Shown here: positions 12,012 through 26,452 of the stretch, piece by piece
Numbering within the stretch: position 1 is the stretch's first letter
Layout of the letters: every line of letters starts with the position of its first letter
Assembly (NCBI GenBank): GCA_003971905.1
Contig: RSEE01000025.1
Coordinates: 62,001-126,000 of the forward strand
Length of the DNA stretch: 64,000 nucleotides
DNA from: Moniliella sp. 'wahieum'
Taxonomy: Eukaryota
Direction: 5' to 3'
Position numbers and translations under genes: made by a program
The notes under the pieces: generated by a model
The model's input: only the letters and a program-made list of their open reading frames with translations
What the model was told of the DNA's origin: nothing
The model's database searches: none

Positions 12012-14199
12012 TCACAACAGGGCGGGCACAGCGCGGTCGCCGGTGATGCGGACCTTGCGCATAGAGGGGTCGCGGACGACCCAAGGCAGAATGGATGCAA
12101 TCCCGCGCAGCAAGTCGGGGCGAAAGCGGGCGGTGGTGAGGAGAAGGCCGGTGGAGAGACCAAAGAGGGTACGTTCGGTGATCCGAGCCGACAGATGCCG
12201 CCGGTCGTTGAGCCAGCCGGGGCGGAAGGACTCGATGAGAGCAAAGAGCGCACGGGTGCCACGTACAGCGCCATCTCGGCCCGTTTGCGCTTCTCTTCCA
12301 AAAAGACGGACCAGCCACACCCCCACGAACCAAGGATCTCTCCGTACCCATGGTCCCATACGTTGAACGACACATTGGGGAACAGGCGAGGGCACACCTC
12401 GGTGCGCACCATGCACACTAAGAACCATGATCGCAATAAACGTGGCGAGGAACGCGCTGCTGCGTGAGGCCCCCTTGAGCGCACGCCACAGCCCGGCAAA
12501 GGGATGACGGAAAAAAGTGCGCGGGGCAAAGAGGAGACGGGGGCGAGGTGAACGGGAATGTAGATGGCCAAGCTGGCTTTGAATCCACGCAGCCAGCGCA
12601 GACCCGCATCAGCATAACAGTTGGACCCTGTGATGCCGCAATGCACCACTTCGCACGGCACGCCCCCCATCTCCCCTCGCCCGCGAGGACCAGCGGCGCC
12701 AGCCAGGACGTATCCTTCGTCCTGTTCGATGGGAGGAAGTGAATCGAAGTCGATCCCTTCCTTTTCGCATCGCGCGCGGTTTTTCGCCCGCGCCGCGTCA
12801 CGCAGCATCTTGGCCTCTGCTGCCGTTTGGGGCACGCGGGTTGGGTCGCCCCATTCGTATGGATACCCAAGCGACTCGGCCAAGCCCGACATGAGCGCGA
12901 TCGATCCCACTTCCAAGTCATGCTTTTGGCCATACTTCCAATGGTAAGGCTTGCCCGTTCGGTGGCACCGCAATGCCGTTAGGCAGCGCTCGTCCATCGA
13001 AGCCAGATTGGTAATCCTACCAAGCGTCCCGGGTCAGCAACACGGGAAAGACACCCAACGCAACGACAGAGCACATGGGGGTGAACGCACCATTTGTTGT
13101 ACATGGGCGACAAGCGTTGCGGCTCATAAAACCACGAGTACATAATTTCCGCACAACACACAACAAAAAGCCCATCGCGTTGGTCGGAAGCCCAGTGACC
13201 CCGCTCCCAGGGCGCGGCGCAGAGCATTGCGGTGAGCCGGTGCAGCCGCCGGCACGGCCTTGTGTGGCCACAACCGCCGAGCCAGCCATGATGACGGGCA
13301 CAACCCGGGTGGCCGTGTCAATGGCCCGGACTAGGAGGGAGAGGGTAAACTCCAGTGTGGGGCTGGGCACGGGCTTGTCCTCTTCAGGCAGGGCTGGGAT
13401 GAGGCGCTCTCCTGGGCTCCAGCGCCTGTACCTGAAAAGCGCGCTTTCGTGCGGGAGATGTGGCACCTGGATCGCTGGGGAGACGGGGATACTCAAGTTG
13501 GTGAGGCGCGACATAAAGTGCCCCCCCGGAGCAAGAGGCGTGGGGGTTGGAGTTTGCGGAACAAAAGCACGGCGCTGCTGGGGATCGGCCCAGACCTCGC
13601 TCCCTCATCCCTTGGGTTCGACGGGGAACAGGAGCGAGCCCTGAGCCAAGATAGTGCAGGGCTACCACCGCCGAGGCGGTGCAGACACAAACGAGGCCAT
13701 CACGCGCGCACGCTGAGCGTTGGCGCTGACCATGCCAGGCCGGAGCCGGGCCAGAGCCTGGTACAGATAAGCTTCCAGAATGCGCCAAACAAGTACAGTG
13801 AACGCTCCACACAAGGCCAGGCCATGAGGATTGTGTGCGGCCGATAGGATGGCACGAAGGGTGGTGAGGAGGAGCGATGGAGGGCAGTGAGGGCCTCGAA
13901 GATGGTCCGGCGGACAGCCTTGTGGCTGGTGCGGGCCTTGGCGGCAGCGCGCTCAGCCTGCGTATGGTTCTCGGGCACGGATGGAAGCTGCTCTTCTGCG
14001 AGACGACGGCTGATTTGACTAGCACGGCGCATGTGGCTCGGGAAAACTTGACGAGGATCTTGAGGATGGTTGGGATGGCATCGGCGAGAAGGCCGATGAG
14101 GTAGGCGCGCGTGGCGGGGGCAAGCACCGAGGACGACAGGAGCGCCGTGAGAGGAGCCAGGGCTGGGTTCCGCAGGCGGACAGGGGGGCGGGTCGACAT
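12012..14199 (-). CDS. TMEM135-like integral membrane protein (frameshifted)
   Basis: EFTLSLLVRAID, IMYSWFYEPQRL, GVPCEVVHC, IYIPVH and GWSVFLEEKRKRAEMALYVAP across consecutive ORFs. Confidence 0.75.
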
Positions 14200-14217
14200 G
14201 GCGTTGGGGTTGGCGAT

Positions 14218-14255
14218 GTTGTTGGTGTTGGTGTTGGTGTTGGTGTTGGTGTTGG
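14218..14255. repeat. (GTTGGT)n microsatellite just upstream of the TMEM135-like ATG
   Basis: About six tandem hexamers seen directly. Confidence 0.85.
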
Positions 14256-14802
14256 CAGGGGGTGTGGTGCGCCTGAGCGGAGGCTTCCAGCGCAAGCGGC
14301 TTGCTGCTGGCCAGGTGTTCCGGGCCGATGCGCCGGACAGGCAGGTGAACGAGGCGCGCGACAGAAGTTGAGGCTTCAACTTTCAAGCCGGCGCCGATGC
14401 TCGCTGCCCGCTGCTGCCCGCCGGCTGCGACGCCAAGCGGGGCCGGGGGGGCTGCGTGAAAGGGGGGGCTACCTCACCCAGCACACGCAGCACGTGCCGC
14501 GCCAGGAACTCCCCACTGGTGCGTGCCAGATCAGATCACTAGCTACTCACTCGATCAGGCTGCGTGTTGTTCACGCTGCCAGTGGCAATTTTAAACTTTA
14601 AAGCACCCCCAGTCTACCACAGTGCTTCGGGCTGCCAGTCTGCCGGCGAGCACACATCACACATCCATCACATAGTAACAGCAAACAACACGCACGATTA
14701 ATAGTAGGCAAACAACAAAGGGAGTGGGAGGTAGGGAGTGCCACAGTTGCAGACGCTGCCACCACACAGACAGAAGAAGGAGACGTCGCTCTCATCGAGG
14801 TA

Positions 14803-16371
14803 TCATACCGCCCCATAAGATCCGCGGACCGCCTCTTCCTCCTCTTCCTCGTCCTCGCCCGCCTCAATCTGCTTGAGCCGACGAGCGCCCTCGTGTTTGG
14901 TGTATGCCAGCAGCGACAACGCCGTCACCGCTGTGGCGCCCGTAAGCAGCAGGTTGATCGGGATGGGGTTGCCATGGAGCGGCCCGTGAAGCGAACGATC
15001 CAGCACGGCCTGCAGCATGTTGAACACCCCGAAAGCGTCATAATCAATCCGTACAGACGCCCAAACGTGATCGGTCCAAACACCTTGGCAGCCAGCTCGG
15101 TGGTGACCGAGTAATAGAAGGGACGGTACACCACGATCAGTACACCCAGAATGTTGAGCCAAAAGGAACGGAAGCACCCCAAGACACCCGTCAGCACACT
15201 CGCCGTGCACATCACCTCCAGCACCTGGAACGTCGTCAATCGTCCAGAAGCATCCCAATGAACGGGATCGCCACCACCCCTCCCGCCGGAAGCGCGACAT
15301 CAAACAAGCCCCCAATCGTGCTGGCACCCGAGGGCCCCACCAAAAAGAGCTCCTGAGCACTGACGGTCGAGATGAAAAAGTTGATGCGCAGCATGCACAG
15401 ACAGGTCATGACGAGAATGAGCATGAACCAAGGGGAACAGATTTGTTCGCTGGCACTGCGTCCATCCAAGATGCCAAAGATGCCGCCCGTCTTGCGGATC
15501 AGACGCTCGGTCACGTCTTCATGCACATCAGCGAGATAGGAGGCGTCAAGGTTCAAGTTGGATGGAGCGCAGCCAAGCGTCCGCCTTCAGGCACACTGCC
15601 GACAATGCTAAACGCGCTCGTGCCTGCTGCTAGACCACCTTGGTTGCCACCGATGCGACCGAACGTAGACATGTTCTCCTGGTGCTGCTCCAGCAGCTGT
15701 TCGTGTTCGGTCGCCTCGTTGACCGCCTGGGCAATCTCACCCGAAGGCTTTAGCCCCCCGGCGGTGTAACTCTCGTGGGGCATGATGAACAGCTGGCACA
15801 ACAGAATGAAGAGGGGAACAACGAGATAGAGGCGGAAGAAGGTGGAGAGGGAAATGCCCGTGACCGTATGCTGGTAGGCAAGTCGATAAAAGAGAAAGAG
15901 GGCAGAGGACGTGTCAAACGCACCCGTGATGGCGGCAAGAACCTTGCCCGAGTGGTCGGGCTGCGTTGGCCAACTGGAAGGTAGAGATAAAGACAAATGG
16001 ACCGCCGAGCGCAAGAACCGAGTACCCAACCATGAAAGGGTCAACCAACTGTTCGACGGCTGCTCACTCAGTAGTAGAGCGCCAAGGGTGAGGAAAACGA
16101 CCCCGATAAAGCCGCAGGCGCGTGGGCCCTTGTGGTCCAGCACAGCGCCGACAATGAGCGAGACGGCGTTGGTGCTACCGGCAGCGACGGTCCACATAAA
16201 GTTGAGCTGCAGGTCTTGGGCCTGGCAAGGCGCTTTGCCAGGTTGGCATAGCTCCGAGTACACACCCTCGGCGATAAAGACGGGCTTGATGGCCGCAAAG
16301 CCAAAGCAAACGCCGGCGGAGAGGAGGCACCAGGTAGTGGCGCAGGCAATCTGCACCCACGGATTGACCAT
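14803..16371 (-). CDS. FMP42: MFS transporter, FMP42/SLC43 family (frameshifted)
   Basis: QIACATTWCLLSAGVCFGFAAIKPVFIAEGVY, GAVLDHKGPR, GAFDTSS, MLRINFFISTV, YRPFYY and KVFGPITFGRLYG. Confidence 0.85.
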
Positions 16372-17943
16372 CTTGGGAAAACGCAGCGGTGGAAGCGGGA
16401 GGGAAGAGGGGCGGGGATAGTTAATGGAGGCCTGGTTCAGAGTTCAGACAGGCCGTTGATACCCAACGGGATGGGAGCGGATCGGCTGGATGTGTCGAGG
16501 CGGGTCAGAGCCGTGCAGAACGTTGATTTGGGCAGGCACTCTGGCATTGGTCCAGGCCCTGCACATCGCCGGCCAGACTGGGGACTGAGGCGCTGGCCTG
16601 ACGCCTGACGAGTAACTGCCCGACTCCACCCCGCTAGACGGTTATCAATTCATCATTGGCGGCCAGTGCCAACTTGCAGCCTTAATTTGTTGCACACTGG
16701 ATCACTCGATCAGTGTCCTGAAGCTGCTGTTCGTGACGTAACCAGCTCCCCCGCCCAAACGCCTGGGTCAGCTAGCCCGGCCAGCGCTGTTCCGCAGTGG
16801 GCCGAAGCACTATGCGGAGGTAAGGTTCCAATCAGTCGGAGCAGGCGGGGGTATGGAAGCTAGGGTTGCTTATCAGTATCCGCACGGCGAAAGCACGCAT
16901 ATGGTCCTCGTGGGAGGAGGGTGCGGGTAGGGCCTGGGAGAGATGGAATGTGAATCTAGCACTTGCAACATACAGCCAGACTAGTTTCTAAGCAGAGTGC
17001 CTCAAGCCAAGTCGACAAGATGTGAAAGTTTTTAACGACGCTTCCAGAATAGCACCAGGATGCGATGACCTAGCAGGACTCGTCCTCTGTAACCCATCTA
17101 AAAGGCTCTGCTGGGCCGGCTGGGATGGCAACGCAGGCTTCAGTCCTTCCGGCTCCTCCCTGGGCTACGACACCCTAGCTATTGGATGTTGGGTACTATG
17201 ACTAGATGACTACACTGAGAGAATAGGACTTGAAGCGTGAAGCTGGAAGGGAAACGGCATCCTGCCATCACTACCTTCACTCGAGCAAAGTCTGGCTACA
17301 CTGCCACTACGCCATACATACACCCCACCCCAGTCCCTCCCCCGCCCTACTGGGCCAACCAGCGACAACTAAGTACTAATGACAATGGCAACTTGTAAGC
17401 AGTACCCTGCAGTCCTCGGCCTCAGCGCTGAGTTGAGCCTGAGGCCTCCTCGAAGCTCGATTCCATATTCAATTGATCATCGATCTCGATCATTGATCAT
17501 CCAGGCACCTCACCAATTGCGCGACACTGCCCGGTTGCATCATGCCGATCCTGCTGGTGTGGCGATAGCCAGCTCCCAGTCTTTGTCGGGAGTTGTTGCG
17601 ACGAACACGTTGGACGTTTTGAATGGGTTGGCCGAGGGCGGGAAACGGGAACGGTGATTGGTGGGTGATACCTGGTGCCAGAGCGGCCAATGAAAAATCG
17701 AGAGCAGGGGACGGGGTGCAAGCCGCGGCCGGCACGGCGCAAGCCAGCGACAGAGCAGGGAAGCGAGGAGAATGGCAGGCCAGGATGCCACAGCGACGGC
17801 GAGGAGGGCTAGTGGCTACCGATGCCACTGCCCCCGTGCGTCCCCTCTGCCTTCCCCCTCCGGGCCCGGCCGCAAGCGCATCATTTCTGCCCCGAGCGCC
17901 CCGTTTCTGAGCCAACAGCCGCGCGCTCAACCAGGAAGCGCGC

Positions 17944-18608
<665 letters not shown>

Positions 18609-20589
18609 GCGCTCTCCTTTTCCCTCTCCCCTTCCGTTTGACTTCGTTGGCGCGGCTTTGGGCCGCTGGTTCCTGTACTCCTAGGCGATCTGATTTTCTA
18701 TGACTCGTTTTGACTCGGTTGGCTTGGCGTCGCGCACGGCGGGGCGAACGCTGAAATCGATCCTAGCTAGTTGCCACCATACAGCAAACGAAGTAGTGCG
18801 CCCACTGGGGCGCAACGAGAAAGGCTCAGCTGAGCGTGTGCGCTGGCATAGACCACGGCATGTGCTCTGTCTCTCGTGGTGAGGAAGGCGCTCGCATGAG
18901 CTCAGTGCAGTGTTTGAGTGGCCGCGTGCGGGTGACCTCCGGGCAATAGGGTTGGGGTTTGGAATTGGATATGATCACAGTGATCGGGACCGCGTGGGCG
19001 ATCACGCGTTTGCACGTGATCGCGTTTTCAAATGTTACGTGAAACTGAGGGCGCTGATGCGCATACCGTAGCCTACCATAGTTCAACTTGGAATGGACAG
19101 ACTGGAACGACATTTCTCATGTTTCCAAGCGCGACATCTGTGCTGGCAAAACGACCCGTCGATCGTCAAGCTGCGCGAACCGTCGAAGGCAGCTGCCCAA
19201 GCGACTTGGCTTGCATCGTCCGAAGCGAGTCGGAAGGGAGGGGGGGCAGCCCTTGCTATGTTGTCCCACAAAGCACAGTTCGCTGCGAGCCAGTTGTGCT
19301 CGGCGTCTCGTTGCGCCCTACTGATGGTCAGTTGGAAGTATAATACATCCCACCTACACAATGTGAATAGAAGTGACCTGGTCCGCCAAGTACTTTGTGC
19401 GGCCATCTAAACATGGCTGCGGGGGCAGTTTATAAGCGCAACTGAAGAACAAGTTCAAATCGTCCTGGCTTCCCTGAGCGCCCTGAGCGTCCTGAGGCCG
19501 TCACACACCACCTCGAGCGGCTCTGGCTCCGACTCGATCGTCAAAAAGGTTGCATCTGCTGCGGCGGATAGCTTCAATGATCCTTCATGTTCTTCCGTGT
19601 GCCTTCCAAGGTGTTGGTTACATCACTGCATTGGGACCGTGGGTTTCATCGGTGGAGATACCAGTAGGTGGATGCGTTGTATAGTAGACGGATGGAATCA
19701 AGTCGAGGACATTGTTCGGCTCCATAGAGGGGGGCAGCCCCGCCGATACTGCGATCCCGGCGCGATGGTTGCGGTTGCTCAGGTTGATCAACTGCAGCAG
19801 CTGACCATGGAAGTTCTGGCCCAGGGGACAACCTTGCACGTAGGGGAGGCAGTCTGTCCACCACCCACACAGACCCATGTACAAGTACTTTGCGCCGACG
19901 TTCTTGAGGCGGTGGGCAGCACTGCTCCTACGATGTAAAATCTCCGGAAGAATCATTTGCGCTGGCCGTCCTCATTCGCCTCCTAGCCAGCAAGGGAGAC
20001 TGGGAAATTACCAATGGTACTCGTTCTGTGGGTTGGGAGCCAGCGTCCTCGAAAGCTCAAGCGTTCAGACAGGGTCACCATCAATGACATTGGGGTCTCG
20101 TACCTCAACCAAGCACTGTTCCTTTTGGCGGTGCCAAGGGTTCGGGCTATACGACTATCGATTTCGAGAATCGAGAGGCTTGCAGGGCGTGACTTCGTCC
20201 AACATGCCTTCACTCTCGGCTGTTTTTGCCATCACGTCCACCCCCCCCCCGCTCGTGACTATAAACTTGCTAAGAGCCAAAGCTTTACCTTTGACCTCCT
20301 CTAGCTTGCTCATGGTACCGGTCTCGATCCCCCCAAGGCCTGCAGGATTTGGATAAGAGGTCATGTAGCGGAGAGGGTTTCTGCTGCCTGGCAATCATCC
20401 GATCACATGTCTGTGGCGTGGGCCTTCTGTGTCGAGCCGTTCATAAGCTACATAGCAAGACAGATAGGAAAGCCAGCTTCCCTACCGGACAACTCGAGCC
20501 TGCACCAAAAAAGCTGGCCAGCAATGGGATGGATGGGTCCAAGTTTAGTTCCTACCGAGTCATGCACATCGCGGTTTCATCCGGACGCG

Positions 20590-21084
20590 CTACGCGCGTG
20601 GGGCCACCTTGGGCTCCCATGGTTGATGTGTCCGCTGGGTTGGGTAGGGCTTGTAGGCACCCCGGGTGCCGGTCAGGTTCTCCACCACGTCCACCTACCA
20701 GCGACCAGCGCACGGACGAGTCAGCTTATCCGGGTACACGCACGGGAACCGAAACAGCGCGAAAAGGAGCAGACACGTACGGGCTGCCATGGTGCTTGCT
20801 AGCCTGTAAGCACAGATTGGGTGGGGGGCATGGGTGATGTGGGCAGCCAAGATGCAGTCGGGGTCGATCTGGGAGACGTTGCGGGTGAAGCCTTGGGAGT
20901 ACTCGATCCACCGGTCGCGGTAGCCCGGGTGGTCCCGGTTGGAGGTGTTCTCAAAGTACCGGTTTCCGTTCCGGTCGGTGCCCACCAGCGTCCCGACAGC
21001 AATCGTGTCGTGGAAGACGAGTTCGCGGAGAGACTGCCTCCACCCGAGGGTGTACACGCGTTGTGCGATGCGGAAGAGGGACAT
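20590..21084 (-). CDS. NDUFA12: NADH:ubiquinone oxidoreductase subunit NDUFA12 (B17.2)
   Basis: GTLVGTDRNGNRYFEN, RDRWIEY, SQIDPD, then ENLTGTRGAYKPY and PWEPKVAPR after intron about 20695-20780. Small frameshifts. Confidence 0.85.
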
Positions 21085-21517
21085 GGCTGGGGGGTGGTGT
21101 GGGCGGGGCAGGCGCGGGAGCAGGAGCAGGCTGGCCTCAGCCTGGGGCCTGCAGCTCAGAGCGCCTCGAGCCAGTGCCCAGTACCCGTGGGGGGCAGGGG
21201 GGAGCGCGGGGGCAGAAATTAGTAATGGGGCTTACGTATGCCCTGGGCGTATTTTGGGGGCAGCAGCGACGCAGCTGATCCCACCTGGGCTCGAACCACC
21301 GACTTTTCGACGGCCTCCGACCTCCCGACGCAGCGCGCGACAGGAGGCGGCTGGGCTGGGCGCTGCAATTTCAAAGCGCGCGCGGCGTGGCCTGGAACGC
21401 GTCGCGCCGAGCAGCGTGGAGCGTGAAGCGTGAAGAGGCCCAGCACGAGTGGATGCGCACACCAGCAGGATCCGCGCCAGTCCTCCTCCACCGCTTCCTC
21501 CCTCCCTACCCCCCCCC

Positions 21518-24253
21518 ATGGTGCTCGTCTACCCCCCCCAGCCCGCCTCGTCCGAGCGCAGAACCGCCCCGCCCGGCCCCGACTTCGCCACCGCCTACCG
21601 CGCCATTGTCCGTGCCGCGCGCGGCGCCAAACTCATCGGCCTCCGCCGCGCGCCCGACGCCCTCCCCGCCGCCCACGAAGGCGACGCCTGGCTTGACCCC
21701 GCTGCCGCCCGTCTCGGCGCTGCGGCTACCGCCGTTCTCCTATTGGTTGCTGCCGACGTCGACGCGCTCGCTGGCGCCCGCGCTCTGGCACGTCTCCTCA
21801 CCGACGACGATGTGCCGTACCGGATTGTGCCTGTGGAAGGGTACGCCAGCTTACAGCAGGTCCTCGAGCAGCATGTTGCCACCAACACTCGCTCCGCACC
21901 GTCGTCTTCCTCAACCTCGGATCCGTCCTCTCCCTCTCCACCTACTTCCGTACCTCGCACGCCCACTCGCAGGCTGACGCCCGCTCCACCCTCAGCGACG
22001 ACGAGGAGGAAGAAACGCGCTTGCCCCTGCCCCCGCTCTGTACGGTCCATGTGATCGACAGCCATCGCCCATGGAACTTGGACAGTCTCTTTGCCACGTC
22101 TGACATCATGGACCGCATCTGCATCTGGGACGATGGCGGCGTGGCCGACCTGTCGAGCGAGATGGAGGCCTACGACCAACTCGAGTTTGATGATGGCCAA
22201 GCGTCCGATTCGGAGGAAGATTCCGACGCTGCTCCTTCCGACTATGGCAGCGACGTTGATCCCGAGGACCGCCCCCGCAAAAAGACCCTCATTGGACCGG
22301 ATGGTCTGCCCTTTCACCAAGCCAAGCCAAGCCAAAACGCTTAACCGATCACGCACGCGCCGTTTACCAAAACGTGCTCACCCGGTACTACGAACGGGTA
22401 CCACCATGGGGCGCAGCGTGGCCGCTATGCTCTGGATGCTGGCTGAGGCGCTGGGCCGTGTAGACAACGAGATCTTATGGTATGCCCCTGCACCTCCCCC
22501 CCCCCCTCTTGCCTCCCCGCATCGCTTTTTGTCTTACATTGTCAACTGACCGAACCCTCCCCTTTGTCCCCTGCCTCAGGCTCGCCGTTCTAGGTGTAAC
22601 ATCGCAGTACACAAGTGGGCAGATTGGGTCAGCGTTCTACGCTGAGCAAGCCGATGAGTTGGCAGAGGGGGTGATTGCTCGCAACCCCGACCCCGATCGT
22701 GGCGGCGGCGGGGACGTGATGCAAGGGGACCAAGATGAGGAGGAAGGCGATGGAGACGATGGAGCCAGTGTGATCAGTCGCTCCACCACCAAATCCAAAG
22801 CTCCCAAGTCGCTCTTGGATGCATCCCGCACTCTTGGTGCCGACAGCCGCGCCATTCGCGTCGTCAATGCCGAACTTCGGTTTGTTCTGTACCGCCACTG
22901 GTCGCTGGAGGAAAGCATGCTCCACACTGGCTTTGTCGCCTCCAAACTTTCCCTCTGGCGCGATGCTGGCCGAGCCCAACTGCGTGGGTTGTTGGCCAAG
23001 ATGGGGTTCAGCTTGACGGCGTGTCGGCAGCCGCACGCGTACATGGACCTGGACTTGCGCAAAGCTCTCATCCCGCGCATCAAGACGATCGCTCGAGAAT
23101 ATGGCCTGGGCGACTCGACCTTCCGCTCCTTTGCCCGCCAACGGGGCTTTCGAGCCCCAGAACTCTCCGCGGCCGATGCGGTCGAAGGCGCTGCGCGCTG
23201 CTGCACGCCGCGACCGGCGTACAGGTTACCGTCGATGCGCCTGGACTTGCCTTTTCCGCTCCGCCCGCTGCTCAGGGCTGGCGAGCGGCCTCGGCCGCGG
23301 CCGGCGGGACGTACACATCAGATTGGTTTGCGTCCAAACGGGCCTGGCGTCTGCCTGGCTCGGGAGTGCTCCCCTCGGGTCCCCCAGGCACTGCTTCGAC
23401 TGGGACGGATGAGTTGGACCCGAATCAAGGATCAATCCAAGTAGATGAGCGTCGCAAAGACGCTTGGGTGCGCAATTTTTTCGCTGCCTACAGTGCATTG
23501 GATGCGACGCGGCCGCAAAGGTAGGTTTGCTTTTTCTCTCTCTCCCTCTCTCGTTTCGGAACGCGCGACCCAGTACAAATGACTGACCTGATTGTACCCT
23601 ACGCCTTGTCCTGTGCAGTTTGGATCTGCTGCAATCGTCGCTGGTCTTGGCGCAAGCGCTTCACCGCGCGGTGCTCAGTACGGGGATTGCCTTGGTAGAG
23701 AAGCACGCGATCAAGGCGCTGCGCAACTTTCGGCTGGTCGTACTCAAGGATGGTCCGGACCTTGCCTTGTTTGCTCAACCGGCCATGCTGGCCCGCCTGG
23801 CGCATTGGCTGGTAGATGCGCTGCGCGACTCGATTGCCGACATGGAACGGCGCCATGCGCACCACAAGGCGGTCCAGGCAGCGCAACGCCAGCGCAACCG
23901 CAAGCGGCCCCGCACCCAGCCCGCCTCTTCTTCCGACCCCACAGGCGAGGAAGACGCGCAGGAGCAAGAGGCCGCGCAGGAGGCGCGGGACCATGCGGAG
24001 CGGCTGAGTGCCCGGCGTGGAATCGCGTTTGTGGTGGCAGCACTGGATGTGGCACGGCAAGTGTACGTCGTGGTCGGTCTGGCTGGCGGGTCGCAAGTGG
24101 GCGCCGTCAAGCCAACCGGTTTGGACTGGCGTTCCAGTCGGCGGCGTTGGAAGCTGGGGTAGAGTCGGTCCATGACCGCTTCGATACCCACCTGGTCGAC
24201 GTGCCGGCGGAACAACTCATGCCCTTTATCGAGGCCTCCACTTGCGCGTTTAG
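21518..24253 (+). CDS. CDC45: DNA replication initiation factor Cdc45 (frameshifted)
   Basis: VAADVDAL, YRIVPVEGY, HVIDSHRPWNL, LRFVLYRHWSLEESM, LLAKMGFSL and NRFGLAF. Introns about 22480-22579 and 23521-23618. Confidence 0.92.
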
Positions 24254-24789
24254 TCGTTTACTCCCCCCCCCCTCCCCCCCCCCGCGCGCGCCCCGCTTCC
24301 TCCCCTTTGCAACAGTCTGAGAAAGATGCATTTACATGAAAGATCCCCCGTCCCTTTTTGGTTTCTGTAGCCCAGAGGGAAGTGGGCCAAGCAGGTCTCG
24401 GTCCCTGCCTGCTGGCCCCATGTTGATTGGCCACAAGCATGGCCAGAGGGGCCTGTGCACCTTCTGGAACGCTCCAACATATACTAGTCCACACGCGTTC
24501 CCCCCACACTCTCTTCAACTCCCCCGTCTTCCATGCCTCCCCTTGTGCTCCTCTTGGAACAGCACCGCCCTATCTCTTGAAGGACCAGTTTAGAGGGCTT
24601 GCATTCGGATTCAATTCAAGCCTTCCCGCTTGGGCCGTACTGCCTGAATCAGGACACCAGCAGAACGCCTACGGCCCTTTCTATAAGCTGTTCGAAGGTC
24701 CCCATGCAGCATCTATCCATACGAGCAGGTTGGATTTGAGGCCATATTGAATTGAATGCATGGCACCTAGAGCAGGAGCAAGCCACCAT

Positions 24790-26452
24790 TTAGGAGCGAG
24801 CCTCGGGCTTAACCCAGAGGTCAACAAACTTGTGCACCGGGGTCGAGGCAAGCTTGTCGTGGTTCTCGTCCTTCAAAAAGTCCTTGATGGCCGTCTTGGT
24901 CTCTTCGGGGAAGAAGCCGTCGAGGTGCTTGTCGAGCTTGGCGGCAATCAGCGGGATGGCCTCCGTGCGGCGGCGGGCGTGGCCCACGGGGTAGTCAATC
25001 GCCACGGGCCCAGCTTGGAGCCGTCCTTGAGGGTGAGCTCGACGCTGTTGCCGATCGAGCGCTTCTCCGGCTCGAGGTACTCGGCCGTGTAGCGAGGCTC
25101 CTCCTCCACCGTCATCTTGGCGCGCAGCTCGTCAATCTTGGGGTCGGCGGCAAACTCGTCCGTGTACATGTGGGGTTCCAGAACACCGTGGATGAGGGGA
25201 ACGGCAACCATGTACTGCAGCGAGTGGTCACGGTCAGCATAGTTGTTGAGCTTGCCAGCCTTGGAGATGATGCGGATGGCAGCCTCCTGGGTGCGGAGCT
25301 TAATCGACGCAATGTCATCCGACGTCTTGCCCTGGGCCTTGAGCTGCTTGTGCAACTCGCGCGCCGCCTCGACGGCCGTCTGGGCGTGGAACTCGGCCGG
25401 GGCCAGCTTGAACAGCACATTCTCCATCACATAGCTGCCGTACCCACGCTGGAACTTGAACGGCTTGCCCTTGAACAGCACATCGTAAAAGCCCCACACG
25501 GGCGCCGTCAGCACCGAAGGGTAGCCCATCTCGCCATTCTTGACGAGCAGCGCCAGGTTGACGGCACGGCCACAGGCATCGCCGGCAGCCCACGACTTGC
25601 GGCTGCCCGCGTTGGGCGCGTGGCGGTAGGTGCGGAGCGCCTGGCCATCGACAAACGCCTGGCTAATCACGTCGACCGTCTGGTCACGCGTGTTGCCCAG
25701 CAGCTTGCTCACCACCGCCGCCGAGGCCACCTTGACCAGCACCACATGGTCCAGGCCGACCTTGTTGAACGAGTTTTCAATCGCAATCACACCCTGGATT
25801 TCGTGCGCCTTGATCGCGCCCTCGAGCACATCCTTGACCGTCAGCGGCTCGGCACCCTTGGCCACACGCTCGCGCGAGATCCAGTCGGCAACCGACAGGA
25901 TGGCACCAATGTTGTCCGACGGGTGGCCCCACTCGGCGGCCAGCCACGTGTCGTTGAAGTCGAGCCAGCGGACCAGCGCGCCGTTCTCAAACGCGGCGCG
26001 GATGGGGTCCAGCACGTACTCGGTACCAATGACACGGGCACCGTTGGGCACCACTGTGCCGGGCACGACGGGGCCCGTGATGGCCTTGGCCTGGGGGAAG
26101 CGGAGGGCCTCAATGCCGCAGCCGAGCGTGTCGAGCAGGTCGAGGCGGGCCGTGCGGTAGGCGACATCCGAGGTGATGTCGTAGCTGTGGACGTAGTCGG
26201 CAATGTCCTGCATCACCTGGTCGGGGGGGGGCGGACGTTGTCCTCCCCAGCGCCAAGGCCGGCTCCCATGGTGCGGGCAGACGAGGAGAAAGCAGCGGAG
26301 GCGGCGGGCGAGACGGGGGCGCGGGCGCGGAGGGCAGCAGCCGAGGAGGGGCGGGCAAGCGAGGCGAGGACGGGGGCAGCGGGGCGGGCCGAGGCGAAGG
26401 GGCGGCGGAGCGCAGCAGACACAGACGAGCCAAGCGCAAGCGAACGGGCCAT
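24790..26452 (-). CDS. PDH1: 2-methylcitrate dehydratase, mitochondrial (PrpD)
   Basis: Presequence-like N-terminus; RWLDFNDTWLAAEWGHPSDN, NSFNKVGLDHV, RKSWAAGDA, PAEFHAQTAVE and ADRDHSLQYM. Two frameshifts. Confidence 0.95.

Noticed and set aside
16860..17380. ORF-free stretch as a transposon relic or ncRNA
   Set aside because: No terminal repeats, known RNA motif or second copy in the window.
19500..20400. Fragmentary minus-strand ORFs as a gene
   Set aside because: No recognisable motif and broken frames, so no call can be supported.
21518..24253. Programmed frameshifting or RNA editing in CDC45, TERT and GPH1
   Set aside because: Indels are numerous, scattered and also affect a tRNA, so sequencing error is simpler.
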